Shown: one piece after another, positions 51,048-62,418 of the stretch | Layout: the number at the start of each line of letters is the position of its first letter | How positions within the stretch are numbered: the stretch's first letter is position 1 | DNA from: Rhodosorus marinus CCMP1338 | Lineage: Eukaryota > Plantae > Rhodophyta | NCBI GenBank assembly: GCA_029953675.1 | Contig: JAMWBK010000005.1 | Location: 1,550,001 to 1,614,000, forward strand | DNA length: 64,000 nucleotides | Direction of reading: 5' to 3' | Notes under the pieces: model-generated | What the model saw: only the letters and a program-made list of their open reading frames with translations | Told to the model about the DNA's origin: nothing | Database searches by the model: none | Made by a program: the position numbers and the translations under genes

Positions 51048-52957
51048 ATGACGCTTTCTCTTCTGACAAATAGCCGACGAGGTGTTTCTCTGTTCCAGAG
51101 TGCCTCAAGATCTCTAAGTAGAACGGTGCAGAAGAATCAGCCGGATCGCGACCCGACAGGAAACGGAGGAATCGGCGGGAGTATGGTCAATGAAGCGGAG
51201 CACTCGCAGACGAATGGCAGAAGAACCGAACAGGTCGAAACAACGCATTTCGGTTTCCAGGATATCCCTGTTAATGAAAAGGTAGCAACTAAGGATCTGC
51301 TCTTTCTTTTCAAGAGAAAAGGACTCTGAGTCTTCCTCGGTTCTACGTCGTGAACTAGTCCGATCGAGTTCGGGGAGTTTTCGCAAACGTGGCGGAGAAC
51401 TATGACCTAATGAACGATCTGAGTACGCCTCAATGAGGGACAATCTATCGATAGATCTGGCAGAATTCTGCTACAACCCTCACCGAGTCGATTTTGTTGT
51501 GTTCCTCTTAGTGTCTGGGGGCATGCACAGAAGGTGGAAGGCCAGTTTTGTGAAATCCCTAGGCGCGACACCAGATATGAAAATAATCGTAAGCAACCAG
51601 AGCTCCAATCTACCACGCTGTCATTTGAGAGACAGGTTTTTGACCTAGTAGATGCCGTTCGCTGACCTTCCAGGACGTAGCAGGTGGAACTGGTGATATC
51701 TCGTTCCGAATTTTGGACGATATAAAGCAAATCGGTGCTTTGGAATCTCCCATAAAGGTGAGCATGGAACCCCTTCTTCCCGGCATCCAATATTTCAAGG
51801 CTTAAGAACGGCTGGTTACACCCTCCTACTTCTCCGTTTTCTTCTACACAAAAACCTCCTCAACAAATGGAAAGGTTCTTGACCCATCCGTGCCTATGCT
51901 TGAAGTTGGGAGAAGAAGAGCGAGCGAATTGAGTAAGGCGCAGTTGCCCTCCATCCCGACGCCTGTGGCTTTCCACAAGTGTTGCTCAAACAAGCTGGTT
52001 TTTACCTTCTCCACCCAACAGATTACGCAGGGCAGGTCGAGTTCGAAATCGATGATGCTGAAGAACTGTCTACTGTTGCGGATGACTCGGTGGTATGCCG
52101 TTACTCCCTTGTATCCACCAAAGGCTTTTCCAAAACCCTCTTTATCAATCCTCCGGATCTTGACATCCACTAGTGTCCTTGAGGCTCACAACACTATGGG
52201 CGAGCAAACGTGGCGTGATCAACATGGTACAATACAAGGAGCACCACGGCTAAAAGACCACCTCGTCCTCCTTCTGCCTTCCTCTTAGGACGCTTATTTA
52301 ATCTCATTCGGTATGAGGAATGTAACAAACCCTGCGAAAGCTCTTCAGCAGGTACGTACCACGAAACCACTACTGAAGGGGAACAGCACCGGTGCTACAA
52401 TGAGGATGTCGCATACCAAGTCTGACAAATTCGAGGATCAGTTTTGGTACGATGCCCCTGACTGTTTTGTATCTTTTCGGGTCCACTTTTCATTGCCTTG
52501 CAGGCGCTTCGAGTGCTTAGACGCGGTGGGCGATTCATGATGTTGGAGTTTGCTAAAGTTGATAATCGTAAGCACGCTTCCCGAGCGCTCAGCACACTGC
52601 ATCGCAGGTGCACTGCTTATCGATTGTTTCTGCTTTGGTTCGCGTTTTTAGCTATCGGCGAGCAACTGTATGACGCTTACTCCGTTAACTTGATTCCTAG
52701 CATGGGAGAGGCTGTTACCGGTGATCGGGCTTCCTATACCTACCTTGTCGAAAGCATTAGGAGGTTCCCTGGGCAGGAGGTGAGTTTTAAGCCATCCTCT
52801 TCATGAGGTTGCGCTGTAAGGGCTAAACCGGAGGGATTCTTGCTGGACATCTTCGTAGGAGTTTGGTGCGATGATGGAAGAAGCAGGTTTTAGAAGCGTC
52901 CAGAAGGAGAATCTTTCGTTCGGAGTCGTTTGTCAGTATTCAGGCTTCAAGCTTTAA
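51048..52957 (+). CDS. COQ5: Mitochondrial 2-methoxy-6-polyprenyl-1,4-benzoquinol methylase (UbiE/COQ5)
   Basis: Presequence, [69 protein letters not shown] stop. Many introns. Confidence 0.92.
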
Positions 52958-53239
52958 CTTGGCTTTGAGTTTTGGCCTTCTAGGGGATGCATTTTCCACG
53001 TCTGTTTGGAAATCGCGTAGCAGCTGTTTCTAGCACCTCCTTGCAAACGAGCCAACTCAAGCTAATTCACAGGAACTATGTCTCAGCACGCCGAGTCTCA
53101 GCACGCCGACCGTTGGAGCTCGCACTCCAGCTAGTTCAAAAACTCGTCACCGAACGCAAGCTGCCGGGAACAGATCGTTAGGAAACATCACGTGGACGCG
53201 CATTCGCACGACTTGAAACTAGATTTACATGACTCAGAC

Positions 53240-54973
53240 CTACTGCGTCGCCTTGACAACCGCCTCAAGCCACAAGCTGACGGCGACCGCTCCAGGGTCC
53301 GGAGTACCTATAAGTTTCTCGCTTGGAACGTACGACGACCTGCCCGCTTGGGCCAATGCATTTTGGGCAGTGTCACCCGCCCCTTTCTTCGCCGCGGCAA
53401 CCATCGCCTCTAAAGACGAGGAGTTCCTCGTCGCTGGGTAGAGTGCATCCAACATTGTCCTCATGCCTTCCGTAGCTCCGCCGTATTTCGATATAGCTTC
53501 AGTACCTGCGAGCAGGGCGTCCTGCCATGTTCCTCCGTTTGCGACGCTTGATCCAGCTGCCGTGAAGCCAAGATGGTACAAAACACCCGACGTACCTCCC
53601 ATTGACTGGCCAGCCGATAATCCAATCGCATTCAGAGTGCTCGACAGTGAATCCACAGGGTATCCATCAAGATCCTTTAGAATCCGCTCAGCCCCCTGCT
53701 TGAGTGTTAGCCCGCAGTCTCCGTCTCCCACTATCTTGTCCTGAGCGGTAAGCTCAGGTTCCGCTTGTATGATCACCTCACAAGCGGCCTTGATTCTCTC
53801 CTTCATGGCCATTCCAGCCTCGTCCAGCTGTCCAGGAGCTGCAGCTACGCTCGGAGGAGTAACATCTGGACAGTCTACAACGAATACGTCCGGAGTCAAG
53901 TCTCGGAAAGGAAGCCATGACAAGGCGGAGGATGGAGCCAACAGGTAATTCTCCACCCCACTGAGATTGCATAAGCTTATACTGAACCCGGTCATGTCGA
54001 GGCTCGTCATTGCTGTCATAACGGTGATCTTTGTAACATTTATCCCTGCGCCCTGCAAAGCTCGAACAGAATCTCGGACGACTATATTCATTTCCAGAGG
54101 AGGCAGAGTACCCAAATTGTTGACGAGGAGCGCGTAGCTCGCGGTGGAGTCCTTCAGTGACTCCACGACGTGATCAACGAGTATCTGCGCCGTCTCTTTG
54201 CTGGATTTCACAGGCTCCGTAAATCTCCCGGGTTCTCCATGAATTCCGAGACCGTACTCTGTGAGGTCGCCCGCTAACCTGTTCGACGGTTGGGCGCCTG
54301 GTATTGTACAAGTTGTCAAGGCCATACCCATGGATGCGACTCCCCGGGCCGCTTCACTAAGCGTTTGCAAGATCTGTACGAAAGTTAGAGGCAGGGTAAG
54401 GACCAAGTCCACGACTCAGGCAAAAAGCTATATCAAGTTCTCCAGTACCTGATCTTTAGGCATTCCCTGTTCAGCGGCTGCACCCGCAATCTTGATGATG
54501 AAAAGCGCTCCCGCGATTCCTCTCGGCTGTGGTGCGTCCTTGATTGCTACATCATCCGCTACCATGAAGTAGTCACAGTTGTATCCTTCTCCTTTGGCTT
54601 GCTCAACAGCAACGCCAAAGTTGAGCCTATCTCCAGTGTAGTTTTTTGATATTACGATACATCCCGCAGGTCCAGTCACCGCCTTTACTGCGGCGAGCAC
54701 TGCCTCCGTCGACGGAGAAGCAAAAACATCACCACAGACCGCCGCGCTGAGCATCCCCTTTCCAACCCATCCAGCGTGTGAGGGTTCATGCCCAGATCCC
54801 CCACCACATACAAGCGCGACTTTATCCCTCTTGAAATCCTCATCATTCCTTACCACAACCTTAACTGTATTCTTATACTCCAGCCTCGCTAACTTCCCTC
54901 CAGAACCCAGCAGGACCCCCTCGATCGAGTCCTGTACCAACCGATCCTGATCATTGTACAGCCTCTTCGCCAT
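53240..54973 (-). CDS. DAK1: ATP-dependent dihydroxyacetone kinase/triokinase (fused DhaK-DhaL, about 552 aa)
   Basis: GGGSGHEPSHAGWVGKGML, KNYTGDRLNFG, GIHGEPG, GDGDCG, MGGTSGVLY, RTMLDAL, GRSSY, PDPGA. A single intron 54448-54374 joins the two ORFs in frame. Confidence 0.96.
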
Positions 54974-55424
54974 CGCTCTTTTTCAAAAAGCTCCTAAGTA
55001 ATCTGCCCTCTCGTCACTTCACAACACACCTCCGCTATTCTCCTCTGCCTTATTGACCTCAGGGTCTGTGATCTCCTCAAGACAACCCCCCAAAAAGCTC
55101 AGCACATGTTCCTCAAACCATATACCCCTAAACACAATATGATCTATCCAAATCAATCCGCCAAATGGATACGATACCAGCAAGACATCAATCTGAGATA
55201 TTTCCAAAGTCGATCCATCCACCAATACCAAGCAAACCCTGAAAACAACGAGTTGAGGCAACTTCAAATTTTTTAGTATATAGTAAAAAAGTGTGACTGT
55301 CGAGCTCGTATCACGACCGGACAGGGAGATCATGACTCACATAAGTTCTTTAACTTTTGACCCCAAGCCAGCCAGCAATACTAAAGCCACTTCAAATTTC
55401 TATTATATCTAGCGAAGTGATTAG

Positions 55425-55498
55425 GTCTCGGTAGCTCAGCTGGTTAGAGCGTACGGCTGTTAACCGTAAGGTCGAGAGTTCAATCCTCTCCCGGGACG
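55425..55498 (+). tRNA. trnN: tRNA-Asn (GTT), copy 1
   Basis: Acceptor stem GTCTCGG/CCGGGAC, D-arm AGCTCAGCTGGTTAGAGC, anticodon arm TACGG-CT GTT AA-CCGTA, T-loop GTTCAATC, downstream T-run. Confidence 0.97.
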
Positions 55499-55902
55499 TT
55501 TGTTTTATTTACAATTTTCATGAAAAGGTATACCCTCGAAGTTTTTAAAATATTCCCTTTTTCTCTTCTCGTAAACATCGGAACAAATATCTGCACGTAG
55601 ACAAGAGCCAATATTTCATATTCATTTCAATCTTCTCCGAGCCAAGGACGGAGTTATTACTGCAAGTTCGTGGAAAAAAAAACCGTCGGATTTCCTATTT
55701 CTTAAACTATTCTATTATAATTTTATCATATCATCGAAAAACATTGTAATGGAGTATGGAAGCGCTTTGTTCTTTTCTGAATTCAGTCTCTCGAGTTGTA
55801 CCCGTCGATGTTATAATTTCCTAAAGAAACCACTTGAATATCTAGTTTCTTTCTCATTGATACTACAACATAAATCCTGTTTTTATCACCTCGAGCGGGA
55901 AG

Positions 55903-55976
55903 GTCTCGGTAGCTCAGCTGGTTAGAGCGTACGGCTGTTAACCGTAAGGTCGAGAGTTCAATCCTCTCCCGGGACG
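55903..55976 (+). tRNA. trnN: tRNA-Asn (GTT), copy 2, identical to copy 1
   Basis: 74 nt identical to 55425-55498. Confidence 0.97.
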
Positions 55977-56627
55977 GTGGTTTCCAGCTAACAATTTTTA
56001 TGAGAGAAAAGAACTTAGCTAGTTCCTGAAATCTTTAATCATTGTTTTCTCATATCATCGAAAAAAACAAATCAATAAACTAGCAAATTCTAATTTTTTA
56101 TTGAATTCAAACTATTGTGTTGTACGGGCGAATTTTACGGTTTTCTGAGCAACACCCGAAATATATCGTTTCCATTGAATACTCAATAGATTTATCATAT
56201 TACCAAAAAACTTTCGTCGGCATCTTGTTGAATCCCAAATATTTTATATCGCATTTCAATCATATTCAGATTTCGGTAAGGTCACGATCGTGGATTTCGA
56301 TTGGTTGGTAAAAAAGCTAGTTTCCGAAACATTGGCGAAATTTTGATTATTTTCGGGAACAGGATTTTTTGGGGGGTAGTTTTTTTGGAATTGTTGAAAG
56401 TTTTAGCAAAAAACGGAATTGTTTTTTATCCCACCTAAATCGGATTTTCACGTGAGAAAACAAGCATTGTACTAGGAGGTATCGTATCCTGTCGTATCCT
56501 GTCGGTGGGATTGACGTAGGATGGCTTGAGGGGGTTGAGATGGGGTGGGAGATTGGGAGTATTCTGTCATTAAAAAATGGGGGCGAGGTCGAGGTCGGGT
56601 TGGACGTGAGACACCATCTGGAATTTC

Positions 56628-56634
56628 TATATAA
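56628..56634 (+). promoter_or_regulatory. Putative TATA box of the glycerol dehydrogenase gene
   Basis: TATATAA about 120 nt upstream of ATG 56755, followed by a G/T-rich 5'UTR-like tract; CACGTG (G-box-like) near 56450. Confidence 0.4.
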
Positions 56635-56754
56635 GGAGCTGGGGAAGAACTCTGTTTAGGGGGGTTGGGGGGAAGAGAAGGTAGTGTGTGGTGTGTGTTT
56701 GGGTAGTTGTGGTTGAACGGATTTTTTTGGGGGTGAATATTTGAGCTTGTGGAG

Positions 56755-57903
56755 ATGGCGGAATCTGAAGCGAGGTTTGATCCCTTCAAGGATTATGGTT
56801 CGGTGGAAGCGAAGGTGTACAGCTCGCCGCATAAATATGTGCAAAAGAAAGGTTTGATAAAGGATTTTGGGACTTTCCTGAAGGGCCTTGAGGCAGAGAA
56901 GGCGGGGATTATTGGTGAGAAGTTCCTTCTGGATATACACGGGGAGGCGATCGTCAGTTCATTGAAGGATAAAGCTGGTGTTGACGCACGCATGTTGAAC
57001 TTTGGCGGTGAGAGCTCATGGCAGGAGGTGACGAACATCGTTGAGGATGTGAAGAAGGACTCCATTGATTTCTTGGTTGGGTTTGGAGGTGGTAAGACTA
57101 TTGACACCGCAAAGGCAGCCGGCTATAAGCTTCGAATCCCAGTCGTCATCGCGCCCACACTCGCATCCAATGACGCACCCTGCAGTGCGCTGAGTGTGAT
57201 CTATTCTGCTGAAGGCGAATTTGAGGAGTATTTTTTTTTCCCGGACAACCCTTACATCGTGCTTGTGGACACTGCAGTTGTTGGGACAGCACCTGAGAGG
57301 TTCGTTGTCTCCGGAATGGGGGATGCCATGGCTACCTACTATGAAGCCGACGCTTGCAATCGTGCGCCACACGGTAGGAACATGGTGGGCGGAAGACCCA
57401 CCATGTGCGGATTGGCAATCGGTGTACTATGCAAGGACGTTCTTTATGAGTATGGGCCACAGGCGGCCAAGGACGCTGCAAAGAAAGAGGTAACTGACGC
57501 TGTTGAGAAGATCATCGAGTGCAACACACTTCTCAGCGGACTTGGTTTTGAAAGTGGAGGCTTGGGAGCAGCGCATGCTATTCACAATGGCATGACGATC
57601 ACTCCGAAGACACACCACGCAATCCATGGGGAAAAGGTTGCGTTCGCGCTGGTTGCTCAGCTAGTAATGGAGGACAATAGGGAGGAAGCGCTCAGGGTTT
57701 CAAAATTCAACAAGGAGGTTGGGCTTCCTTATAAGCTAAGTGAACTACATCTCGAAGCATCGGACACCGAAACCCTTGAACTAATTGCCAAGCGCTCCTT
57801 GGAACCTGGAGAGTCGATTTACAACATGCCTTTCACAGTCACACCTCAGATGGTCGTTGACGGCATGATCGGTGCGGACGAACTTGGTATCTCACTGGAT
57901 TAA
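56755..57903 (+). CDS. gldA: NAD+-dependent glycerol dehydrogenase (family III metal-dependent polyol dehydrogenase), intronless, 382 aa
   Basis: SSPHKYVQ, GFGGGKTIDTAKA, PTLASNDAPCSALSVIY, metal ligands in SGMGDAMATYYEA, SGLGFESGGLGAAHAIHNG and HGEKVAF. Confidence 0.96.
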   Translation: MAESEARFDPFKDYGSVEAKVYSSPHKYVQKKGLIKDFGTFLKGLEAEKAGIIGEKFLLDIHGEAIVSSLKDKAGVDARMLNFGGESSWQEVTNIVEDVKKDSIDFLVGFGGGKTIDTAKAAGYKLRIPVVIAPTLASNDAPCSALSVIYSAEGEFEEYFFFPDNPYIVLVDTAVVGTAPERFVVSGMGDAMATYYEADACNRAPHGRNMVGGRPTMCGLAIGVLCKDVLYEYGPQAAKDAAKKEVTDAVEKIIECNTLLSGLGFESGGLGAAHAIHNGMTITPKTHHAIHGEKVAFALVAQLVMEDNREEALRVSKFNKEVGLPYKLSELHLEASDTETLELIAKRSLEPGESIYNMPFTVTPQMVVDGMIGADELGISLD

Positions 57904-58058
57904 TCGGCCAAAGCTGAAAGCTCTTTCGACGATATCCCTGATCCAGTTTTATATAACCCCACAAGCGATTAGCAGGCTCGTTCGAAGTAAAACACGTCAA
58001 CGCCACGTAGAGGCAGCTGAAACCTCCTGGTTCAAACCCATTTCCACAATGATGGGCT

Positions 58059-59545
58059 TCATATTTGTGTGTCAGAAACGACTTGGATCTTGATGCCTCT
58101 CTTCCGTAGCCGATCTAAGATCGACGTTTTTCTTAGAGCAACAGTCGGCGTGTGTACTCCGAAGGGGATCTTGGATCGTTCTTCAAGAATGCACCTCGCC
58201 GACGCCACCACAGCTGCTGCCGTGAACCGATAAAATGGGTCCTCGGCACCTGCAAACGTTGTGACGACCTTCCTCGTGGGTTTTCCAGACGACTCTGAGG
58301 CCGAGTTCCATCCCTCCGCAACAAATCGCATCTCAAACGTGCTCTTGTCCAGCAGCTCGTCGCTGGGGCCTTCCCTAGAGAAAAATCCGCCGCTGAAAAA
58401 TTCAGGGAACCTCAGCAACAGGTTCACTCCCAACGGAAACCTGCGAACCCAGAATCAGAAATAGATAGAGGAGGGTGAGAACAGAAACTAACAGGGGTTA
58501 GATAGACTGATGCTGCAAGTGCTACAGCCACCTCGCCGAGAAGGCCAATGCCGGAACGGACCAACAATTTAGGTTAGTACAAACCCGGCCCAGTACTAAT
58601 ATACACTAACTAAGGCAGCGGGAGGCAGGTTGTTCACTTCGGCGAGGGGGCGGGAAATGAGCTCTGAGCGATACTTTTCCGCGAAATTTGGACTTACGAC
58701 GTCATAACCGTTAGTAAAATCCCGAACAAGGCAGAGAGCATCACATAAAACCAGCTCCCTACGGTGAAGTAGCACTGAAACTGAACTGGGGTGATCTTGT
58801 CTCGCAAGAAGAGGGTTGCCTGACTTCGTCTGACTACTGACGCATCAGCACCAGGGAAGGGCATCGAGTAGAGCCCGCTGTCCAGCTTGTCTCCGGCTTT
58901 TGTCATCTTCTGCTTTCCTCCTGGATACTCAAGCTTCACTTTCGAAGTGGGAAGTTCCTTCCTAATTGAAGCCAGTTCACCAGAGTTCCTCATGCTATGT
59001 ACAGCAGATTCAAAGGTCGTGAAGTTGGCTTTGGATGCGTTGTGCACGATATGATAGGCGCGGATTAAACTTATAAGCTGAGTTGAAGGAAAGATTGTCG
59101 ACGTGAAGTAAGCGCCGAGATCCGCAGGGATACTGTCAAACCCACAAGAGCCAATCGCGATTAGCTTCTTCTTTTCATATTCCTCAGAAAACTCAACCAC
59201 GGCTCTTTCCAGGAACGCCGGCTCTCCAGAGACGTCCACATAATGTGAATTGGCCAGTAAGCAAGCGCGCATAACCGCCTCCCCATAAAACCGGTACGGC
59301 CCAGTTGCATTGATCACAACATCAGCGCCAGTGAAGGCATTGACCATCGATTCCTCATCAGCAGCGTCTGCAACCACAGCACGCTCCTCAGGAAAACATG
59401 ACTTCAACTTTTCCTCGCTTCTCCCACATACCGCGTAGCTAAGCCTCTTAGCTCCTCTCACCTCCTTCTCATTCTTCAGCTCCTTCACAATAAACTTCCC
59501 AGTGAACCCGGTAGCTCCAAATACAATTATGTTCACTCCCCTCAT
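58059..59545 (-). CDS. SCCPDH: Saccharopine dehydrogenase-like oxidoreductase
   Basis: IIVFGATGFTGKF, CGRSEEKL, VINATGPYRFYGEAVMRAC, HYVDVSGEP, CGFDSIPADLG, C-terminal GVHTPTVAL...LDRLRKRGIKIQV. Confidence 0.9.
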
Positions 59546-60489
59546 CTTCGCTCAACTCCAAGGACCCCCAAAAGCGGCTCCGCCGAAATCCGTATCGAAA
59601 CCGTCGACCAAAGGCCAACACTCCCAACTCTTTTTAGGCTGTGAAGAAGACAGTCACCTCCGCACAATCCGAAAAGCCTGAAAAAGGCTTTAGAAAAGAT
59701 CTGAAAAGACGCAGCGCGATGAGCCAACACAGAAGAGAGCATATAGCAGCATGCTGAAGATGTCTAATACGCTGTCAGCCAGCTGCTCAAGACCCTCCAG
59801 GCTTGTTGGGTTCGAGATGGTTGAACTTGATCGGTCTGGAGGGAGAATGCAGGTTCCCTCTCACTCAATAGCAAAAGTATGACCGTTGAAATGGTTCTGA
59901 GTCGCGGTGAGGACAGAGTTTGTGGGAGGCGACGAGTGGAATCGGGTTACAGCTGAAGCTGTGAGGTTGTCTGCTTAGCCTTTGGGTACGTGAGGCTGAC
60001 GTATATCCGGGGCAGTCATATGGATGGCACATCACTCTCAGAAAGCGGAAACCTGGAGGGCCAAACTACTGCAGAGATTTGCATCTAGATAGGAGCCTAC
60101 AGAAGCTGGTTTCTTCTGAGCTCGCCAGGGAGACGAGTATACTTCAAATAGGAGGGTTCAAGAGCCAACCGCGCAAAAGAGCCGTTTTACCAATGTGTTA
60201 GTTTCGTTAGATCTATTTGTCCGTGTCGGGCACTGTTGCTCATCATTCAGAGGCGGATCGGAATTGGGAGAGCGGAAGAGCCCTTGTGCGTTGAGTTCAA
60301 TTTTTTCTCGCTCGATGCTCAACCGCTTGCTCGGTCTCAGCACATCAGGCACTTGGTACCTGGTTCTAGGCGTCGATTTGATCAACCAATTGTGACCGAT
60401 GTGCAAACAGCGTTGCGTTCTCAACATACATATTTATACATCATTATACATTTCCTCCTCGAGTCGATAAGCGTATTGCGATGATTCAG

Positions 60490-62418
60490 TTACGCAATTC
60501 GATTTGACTTGATGAAAGTTTTCACTTGATCCGCGGCTCCGTCAGCAACGACGAGCGTTTTGAGAATCCTACTCGACCAGAGCTTTGCATCCATCTCGAA
60601 CGCGTACTTCTCCACCTGTCGAATAGAATAGACGAGTTGACTTCAGCGGACTGCACCTCCGAATGAAAGCGTACCTCGACCCAAAATGCGGATGCGTTTA
60701 CCATGTCAAAGGCCTCCTCCGTTTCAAACTTATCGAACAGGACACCGCTCTTAGTCTTCACTCTGTCCTTTTCCGCCTCCCAAAGTCGAATCATCTGCGA
60801 TACGTTCGAAGGGATTCTTTCGCTCCTGCATCGAGAGCTAGCATGTGCGTTCAGGTAGGCAATGATCTGTTCGGCAGAGATACCATTCCTCAACGCCATC
60901 CTGACGCTCTCGTTCGTAATATGTCCCACCGCCAGGTTGGGCAACCGTGTTCTCATATGTACAAACATTGAGATCAAATCAACCTAGTTCGTTTCCATAC
61001 CAGCAGGTTCATGAATCAAATCATTGCATGTCTCCGTTAGCACCAAAATTAGGCAGAGCCCAAATTCTCCCGGGGAACAGCAAGCACGTACCTGTAGCTT
61101 TGATGTCGTATACGCGTAGAGCCGAAAATTCGTTTCCACGATGATCTCACACGTCCCTAGACTGGCGCTGACGTTCTTTTCATCAGTCCTCCCGCCTGAA
61201 CCAGTATTTGCCACCAACCTCCTGCCTACTTTCGTTGGGAAGAAAGTATTGCTCTGTCTGGAGGATTTGTAGACCAGTCCAAGAGCAACCAGCGCCTCCA
61301 TGGCCTCGACCTAGTCAACCGAGACACAACTACTTAGCAACGTGCAGCCTCCCAGGATGGACATGCGTGCTTCGACCATGATCTTACAGGTCCATCCTTC
61401 AGATCTGAGATATTATAACCCACACCGGGCTCGGAGTAGTTCATTTCGAACAGAAACTGTAGCACTTCTCTCTTAGCTTTTATCGATCCATTCGAAACTG
61501 AGTTGACCAGTTCCAGTAGCAGGACCCAGACCTGGACAAGCCGAGGCAATCGTTTGGATTAGGTTGGGATCTTTCTAGACGTGGTCAGCTGCTGCTCTTC
61601 TTTAAAGCACCGATCGGACGGCGTTCCCAAAGACGATTGGGCCCATTAGGAAGCTATTCTACTCCCTCGAGGTCCTCGTTGCGGTAGCGTACCTGCGAAT
61701 AAGGATCCCTCAATAAGAACTGGAACCCCTTGCTCGTAATCTTCAGTCCTTCGCCGGTGTCATTCAATAAGTTAATCCTTCTCAATGCCTTGATGATTGC
61801 TTTCGGTGGTTTGGTGGTGCTGGTTGAGTTCGGATCCATGCCCACTAGAAAGTGCAGAACAGATTCCCACTTTTTCTGACCGAAGCTTTCCAGCTGTTCC
61901 TCGGAGACGCTTTCTGACTGCATTCAAGGAAGTACCAGCGCGTTGATGTGAGAATAGACCTCGGGTCAAGTGTACTCGGGTCTGCGTGTTTGGATATGGC
62001 GTACACTGCCATCTGCTCGCTGGAAGGGAGCTTCAAGGTCCATGCTGATCGACTTCCTTAGGTTCTCTGCGAAGGCCGCGTTGAGCGTAAACGAGATGAC
62101 ACTTCCGATAGCTTCCCTTTCCATGATCCTCAGATCGAGCAGCTGTGTGCTCGCGGTTTGGTACGATCTGTCCGACTCAAAAGACGCCCGAGCAACGTCG
62201 TAGGGGATCGGACTCGAATCGGAGTTGGGCAGGTACAGCAACCGCATCAGCAGATGTCGACAAGCCGGCGGAATCGCTCTAAGCAAACCACAAACGGCAA
62301 AACGAGATTTGTACAACAGCCTCAACTCCTTTGATTCCCATCCGAGCAGCTCCTCCACGATCGGACCGGGGAGTTGACCCCCACCTTCTCGGCTACCCCC
62401 CCTGCTCTCGGATCCCAT
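60490..62418 (-). CDS. TFB2: TFIIH core subunit p52 (GTF2H4), multi-exon
   Basis: LYKSRFAVCGLLRAIPPACRHLLMRLLY, KKWESVLHFLVG, ITSKGFQFLLRD, IIVETNFRLYAYT, LPNLAVGHITNESVRMALRNGISAEQIIAYL, QMIRLWEAEKDRV. Confidence 0.93.

Noticed and set aside
53080-53109. Short perfect tandem duplications (15 bp x2 here; 12 bp x2 near 42140; 11 bp x2 near 11230) and homopolymer G/C runs
   Set aside because: Typical slippage products with no evidence of function.
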